Source: a virus
Taxonomy: Duplodnaviria > Heunggongvirae > Uroviricota > Caudoviricetes
Length of the DNA stretch: 9,822 bases
Direction: 5' to 3' (one strand)
IMG/VR virus record: IMGVR_UViG_2537561934_000018
Under the pieces are notes generated by a model. The model saw nothing but the letters and a program-made list of their open reading frames with translations. It was not told the DNA's origin and ran no database searches. Position numbers and translations under genes: made by a program. Positions 6,785-9,822 of this stretch are shown piece after piece. The first letter of the stretch is position 1. Each line of letters begins with the position of its first letter.

Positions 6785-6876
6785 TTTATATCTCCGTTAT
6801 TTACGTGTGCGAATACCTCCGCGCATGCGGATTGTTTTCACGTTTTCTTATTTAACCTGATGTTTTATTTGTATGG

Positions 6877-6990
6877 TTATTCACCAGTGAAAAAACGTTC
6901 GATCTTTTTTACTGAATGAATAATTCGCATAATCCCAATGGCGCAGGCCACCGAAATAATCATAACAAGCCATGAGATAAATATACTCAT
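6877..6990 (-). CDS. Small hydrophobic peptide, 37 aa (MSIFISWLVMIISVACAIGIMRIIHSVKKIERFFTGE); not in the supplied ORF track
   Basis: Hand translation of the - strand: ATG at 6990-6988 overlaps the TGA stop of the 80-aa gene (ATGA at 6990-6987), with a GGGGAA Shine-Dalgarno-like sequence upstream and stop TAA at 6879-6877. One predicted transmembrane helix followed by a charged tail. Confidence 0.35.
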   Translation of the reverse strand: MSIFISWLVMIISVACAIGIMRIIHSVKKIERFFTGE

Positions 6991-7229
6991 GCGATATTCC
7001 CCAGCTTATACGGTTCAATATGTTCCCCGCATTCTGCGGCGCAGATAAGCTCAGAAAGTTCGTTAAGTGCATCCAGATCATCAGCGTAAAAAGCCACGTC
7101 ATACAGACTCCGGATTGCCCTGGTCAATGAGTCACGGGCTGCACGTTCAGCATGAGTGCCTGATGCACTTAAGCGAAAATAAAAACGCTCAAGTGCTTTG
7201 TTAATGAGAGTTTTATATTCTTTGCCCAT
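6987..7229 (-). CDS. Hypothetical early-operon protein, 80 aa
   Basis: ORF track 6987..7229; ATG at 7229-7227, 11 nt after the upstream stop, with an AGGGTG Shine-Dalgarno. No motif recognised. Confidence 0.5.
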   Translation of the reverse strand: MGKEYKTLINKALERFYFRLSASGTHAERAARDSLTRAIRSLYDVAFYADDLDALNELSELICAAECGEHIEPYKLGNIA

Positions 7230-7240
7230 CGCAACACCCT

Positions 7241-7528
7241 TTAATCTGCTTTCTGGATTTCAGCTTCTGAATCCATACAAATAATTTCGATATAGGGTTC
7301 ATCGCCATGAACCTGGTGTGCCTTTTCAGCTTCGCTAATGATTTCTCGTACGGTCTGGTACGGAAGTTCCACAAGCAGTCGCGTACCGTTCAGATAAACG
7401 TAAGTGGCTTCGTCGGCTCCGTTTTTACCCGCCGGAGTCACTCCATCAATAGCGGATGCACGTAATAACAGTTCACCGCGAAAATCAATAAAACGGATAA
7501 ATACACCTTGTGCATGGTCTTTAGTCAT
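7241..7528 (-). CDS. Hypothetical early-operon protein, 95 aa (start trimmed from track ORF 7241..7588)
   Basis: Internal ATG at 7528-7526 lies 8-9 nt after the upstream stop (7541-7539) and is preceded by an AGGTG Shine-Dalgarno. The longer track ORF would overlap the upstream gene by ~50 nt. Confidence 0.5.
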   Translation of the reverse strand: MTKDHAQGVFIRFIDFRGELLLRASAIDGVTPAGKNGADEATYVYLNGTRLLVELPYQTVREIISEAEKAHQVHGDEPYIEIICMDSEAEIQKAD

Positions 7529-7538
7529 AAAGCACCTG

Positions 7539-7889
7539 TTATAAATCAGCCTGTTTAATAAAACTTTGCCCGCGAAGCAGACGATCAACCGTGCGTAGTG
7601 CTTCGTATAATGTGAAATCCTGTCCGAACTGATTGTCGCCGCTGCTCAGGGCAAAAATGCGGCTTCCGGTAAACGGATTACGCGGGCATTTGTGGACCAC
7701 GATTCCAGCTTTCTCAATCAGCCAGGCGTGTTCGCCGATTTGTTTTACGGGGTAGCCATCCGGCGTTGCGTGTGTTTCGCTCAGGCTGTAGCGAGAGCTG
7801 CTACGTGATGCGCTGGTAGCGAAACGGTTGGCATGGCGTTCCGCCCCGTTGCGGAAGCGCTGTTGTGAAGAATTGCGCTGTTCCTTCAT
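7539..7889 (-). CDS. Hypothetical early-operon protein, 116 aa
   Basis: ORF track 7539..7889; ATG at 7889-7887, 37 nt after the Cox-like stop, with GGAG upstream. No motif recognised. Confidence 0.5.
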   Translation of the reverse strand: MKEQRNSSQQRFRNGAERHANRFATSASRSSSRYSLSETHATPDGYPVKQIGEHAWLIEKAGIVVHKCPRNPFTGSRIFALSSGDNQFGQDFTLYEALRTVDRLLRGQSFIKQADL

Positions 7890-7926
7890 ATCAAAATACT
7901 CCGCCTAAAATGAATTATGGTTTGAG

Positions 7927-8352
7927 TTATGCTGCTTTACCGCTGATGTTTCTGTTTCGTCTGCCACTTGTTGGCTTAAACAAAAACAGACGGTTTTCCC
8001 AGTCGTGCCATTCCTGAGGTGCGTTTTCGATGAGGCGATCGCATGCTTCATCCCACGCTTTTCTGTTGATGTAGAGTTCAGCGTTTCCGCCTGGTTTGAG
8101 AGGGTCCGCCATATACACCGCAGGTAGCTTTCCTGCTTTGGCCATGCTTACGATGGCGTCAACGGTCTTTCCGATATACATCGCAAATCCTTCTTTTGAC
8201 AGGAGATGCGAGGGATTTTCTGAAAGTCGAATTTCTTCACGTTCACGTGCTTTGCGTCCTGTTTTTTGATGCTCACCTTCTGGCATTTCTGACAGGTGAT
8301 CGCATCGTGTTCCGCAAAGTGACTCAGGCGCGTTTTGAGTGCTTTCTTGCAT
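7927..8352 (-). CDS. cox: Cox-like excisionase/transcriptional regulator (P2 Cox family); start uncertain
   Basis: The C-terminal ~85 aa (GFAMYIGKTVDAIVSMAKAGKLPAVYMADP...) resemble P2 Cox as I recall it. It is the first gene transcribed divergently from the C repressor. Start chosen at ATG 8352-8350 because of a GGAGG Shine-Dalgarno 7 nt upstream. The track ORF extends to a GTG at 8391, and an ATG at 8181 with an AAGGA Shine-Dalgarno would give an 84-aa product closer to P2 Cox in length. Confidence 0.55.
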   Translation of the reverse strand: MQESTQNAPESLCGTRCDHLSEMPEGEHQKTGRKAREREEIRLSENPSHLLSKEGFAMYIGKTVDAIVSMAKAGKLPAVYMADPLKPGGNAELYINRKAWDEACDRLIENAPQEWHDWENRLFLFKPTSGRRNRNISGKAA

Positions 8353-8423
8353 CTGATATCCTCCGCCATTGGTGCTCTTTCTAATTGGCACTAGTTGGAA
8401 CCACTTAGAACATTTGTTTGCTG

Positions 8424-8466
8424 TTCATATGTGGTGTTAATCTACACATATGTAGGAGTTTGTCAA
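8424..8466 (-). promoter_or_regulatory. Candidate early promoter Pe with two direct-repeat candidate operator half-sites flanking the -10
   Basis: On the - strand, -35 TTGACA is the reverse complement of 8461-8466 and -10 TAGATT is the reverse complement of 8439-8444, with a 16-bp spacer. Direct repeats CATATGT at 8426-8432 and 8447-8453 are 21 bp apart and bracket the -10, like the arrangement I recall for P2 C operators. Not experimentally mapped. Confidence 0.45.
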
Positions 8467-8760
8467 ATGGACATTCCTCAAAAAATTCGCGTCATGCGCA
8501 AATCTGAAGATCTCACTCAGCGGGAATTCGCTGATATGATTGGAATTTCTTATTCTGCTCTGACCAGTTATGAGTATGGTCGTAACCTTCCTGGCCTTGA
8601 GATCACTATCAAGCTTTTCAAGCACCCGAGATTTTCTAAATACCGCGACTGGTTTCTGTTTGATGAAGTTGAACCCAAGGCCGGGCAGGTTGTACCGGCT
8701 CTCGCACACATTGGGCAAGGCGAAGCGGAATCATCCCGCTCCGGCAAGAAGACTGGTTAA
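8467..8760 (+). CDS. C: P2 C-type immunity repressor, 97 aa
   Basis: Start trimmed from track ORF 8395..8760 to ATG 8467, which has a GGAG Shine-Dalgarno 8 nt upstream. The protein (MDIPQKIRVMRKSEDLTQREFADMIGISYSALTSYEYGRN...PALAHIGQGEAESSRSGKKTG) resembles P2 C repressor along its whole length as I recall it. It sits directly upstream of, and co-oriented with, the integrase. Confidence 0.85.
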   Translation: MDIPQKIRVMRKSEDLTQREFADMIGISYSALTSYEYGRNLPGLEITIKLFKHPRFSKYRDWFLFDEVEPKAGQVVPALAHIGQGEAESSRSGKKTG

Positions 8761-8826
8761 CGGTTCACCAGGCATTTATTTCCCAGAGCTGTGATCAAGA
8801 TGATGTTTTCATTGGAGGGCTTCCTT

Positions 8827-9822
8827 ATGTCGATTAAGAAGCTCGCTAATGGCAAATTCTGTGTGGACGTGCGGCCAGCTGGATCAGAAGGAAAAAGATT
8901 CAGGCGGCGATTTGATACTCGTGGTGAGGCTGTTTTGTATGAGCGTCATGTATTGCAGCATTACCACGACAAAGACTGGGTTGATAAGCCAACAGAACGG
9001 CGCTCGCTGAGGGAGTTGCTGGATTGTTGGTGGCTATACCACGGGAAAAATCATCCTTACGGTGCGATGGAGCGAGTGCGTATTTCTGCGGTCATTAGTG
9101 ATCTTGAAAGTATTAATGTTACACGCAGCGACCAACTTACTCGTAAGAACATAATTAATTATCGGTTATTGTTGCTTAACCGCGGAATAAAACAATCCAC
9201 GGTTAATCGTTATTGCGCAATGATGAGTGGTTTCTTCACAAAACTAATTGACGCAGAGGAATATTCTGGGGCTAATCCGTTTCATGATGTGAAAAAACTT
9301 AATATCAAACAGCCTGAAATGGCTTATTTGTATCATGAAGATATTCCACGATTACTGGAGTTGTTATCTGGTGATGAATTAAAAGCTGTCTTGTTGTGTC
9401 TGGCAACAGGTGGAAGATGGAGTGAGGTTGCAAATATCAAGGGGGAGCATGTTATTAGCGGCAAAGTCATTTTTATGGAAACCAAAAATGGGAAGCGTCG
9501 CGTTATACCTATATCGTCAGAACTGGAGTGCATGATTAAAACAAAGGCCACTGGTCGTTTAATTTATCCAAGTTATGCCGCTGTCAGAGCTGCTATCAGA
9601 AAGGTGAGGCCCGATCTTCCTGAAGGGCAGTCAATACATGTTTTACGGCATACCTTTGCCACTCACTTCATGATTAATGGTGGGAATATCATCACTTTGC
9701 AGAGAATACTTGGGCATAGCACTATTCAGCAGACGATGACTTATGCCCATTTTGCACCGGATTATCTGCAGGATGCTGTGCGCTTTAATCCTGTGGCTGA
9801 GTTGTCCAGATATTGCCCATAA
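8827..9822 (+). CDS. int: Tyrosine integrase, P2 Int family, 331 aa
   Basis: Start trimmed from track ORF 8791..9822 (GTG) to ATG 8827, which has a GGAGGG Shine-Dalgarno 7 nt upstream. The N-terminus MSIKKLANGKFCVDVRP and the C-terminal catalytic region (TGGRWSE, HVLRHTFATHFMINGG, LGHSTIQQTMTYAHF, i.e. the R, H-x-x-R and Y motifs) closely resemble P2 Int as I recall it. Stop TAA is at 9820-9822, the end of the window. Confidence 0.9.
   Translation: MSIKKLANGKFCVDVRPAGSEGKRFRRRFDTRGEAVLYERHVLQHYHDKDWVDKPTERRSLRELLDCWWLYHGKNHPYGAMERVRISAVISDLESINVTRSDQLTRKNIINYRLLLLNRGIKQSTVNRYCAMMSGFFTKLIDAEEYSGANPFHDVKKLNIKQPEMAYLYHEDIPRLLELLSGDELKAVLLCLATGGRWSEVANIKGEHVISGKVIFMETKNGKRRVIPISSELECMIKTKATGRLIYPSYAAVRAAIRKVRPDLPEGQSIHVLRHTFATHFMINGGNIITLQRILGHSTIQQTMTYAHFAPDYLQDAVRFNPVAELSRYCP

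Noticed and set aside
6881-7102. Track ORF, - strand, 73 aa
   Set aside because: Out of frame with, and largely overlapping, the 80-aa gene (6987-7229); Trp/His/Tyr-rich implausible composition. The in-frame coupled 37-aa peptide (6877-6990) explains this DNA better.
8148-8369. 73-aa Cys-containing - strand frame overlapping the 5' part of the Cox-like ORF
   Set aside because: Weaker Shine-Dalgarno than the ATG at 8352 and no classic zinc-ribbon spacing; kept only as a low-interest ambiguity rather than a feature.
8395-8826. Longer N-terminal versions of C (from 8395) and int (GTG at 8791), and track ORF 8570..8794
   Set aside because: The extensions lack Shine-Dalgarno support, and the extension of C would overlap the predicted Pe promoter. 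The internal ATGs at 8467 and 8827 have good ribosome-binding sites and give N-termini matching P2 C and Int. ORF 8570..8794 is an alternative frame inside C.
1-9822. Checked for CRISPR arrays, tRNA/rRNA, transposase or IS ends, a retron-like reverse transcriptase with ncRNA, type III toxin-antitoxin tandem RNA repeats, and attachment-site core repeats
   Set aside because: No array of regularly spaced direct repeats, no tRNA-like cloverleaf sequence, no reverse-transcriptase or transposase-like ORF, and only two tandem repeat copies (992-1102) were found. Attachment sites of P2-type elements lie beyond the int stop codon, which is outside this window.

Overview
This window looks like the lysogeny and early-replication end of a P2-family temperate phage (prophage), inverted relative to the usual P2 map. 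On the + strand at the right end sit a P2 C-type repressor (8467-8760) and a P2-type tyrosine integrase (8827-9822). Divergently, a long, tightly packed early operon runs leftward on the - strand: a Cox-like gene, three small ORFs, a 37-aa membrane peptide absent from the ORF track, then a five-gene cassette ending in a 2-TM mini-protein and an SPFH/Band-7 lipoprotein (four consecutive ATGA start/stop overlaps). Downstream of it come a ~370-bp structured non-coding region with terminator-like hairpins and a repeated motif, two small ORFs, a 972-aa P2 gpA-family rolling-circle replication initiator, and a ParM/StbA actin-like ATPase that overlaps the end of A. I recognised no rRNA, tRNA, CRISPR array or transposase. 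The best candidates for something undescribed are the SPFH-lipoprotein cassette, the structured non-coding region beside it, and the tandem palindromic hairpins inside the 3' end of the A gene. All calls come from reading the translated ORFs and the DNA by eye; similarities to P2 Int, C, Cox, gpA and to R1 ParM are from memory and no database search or fold prediction was run.
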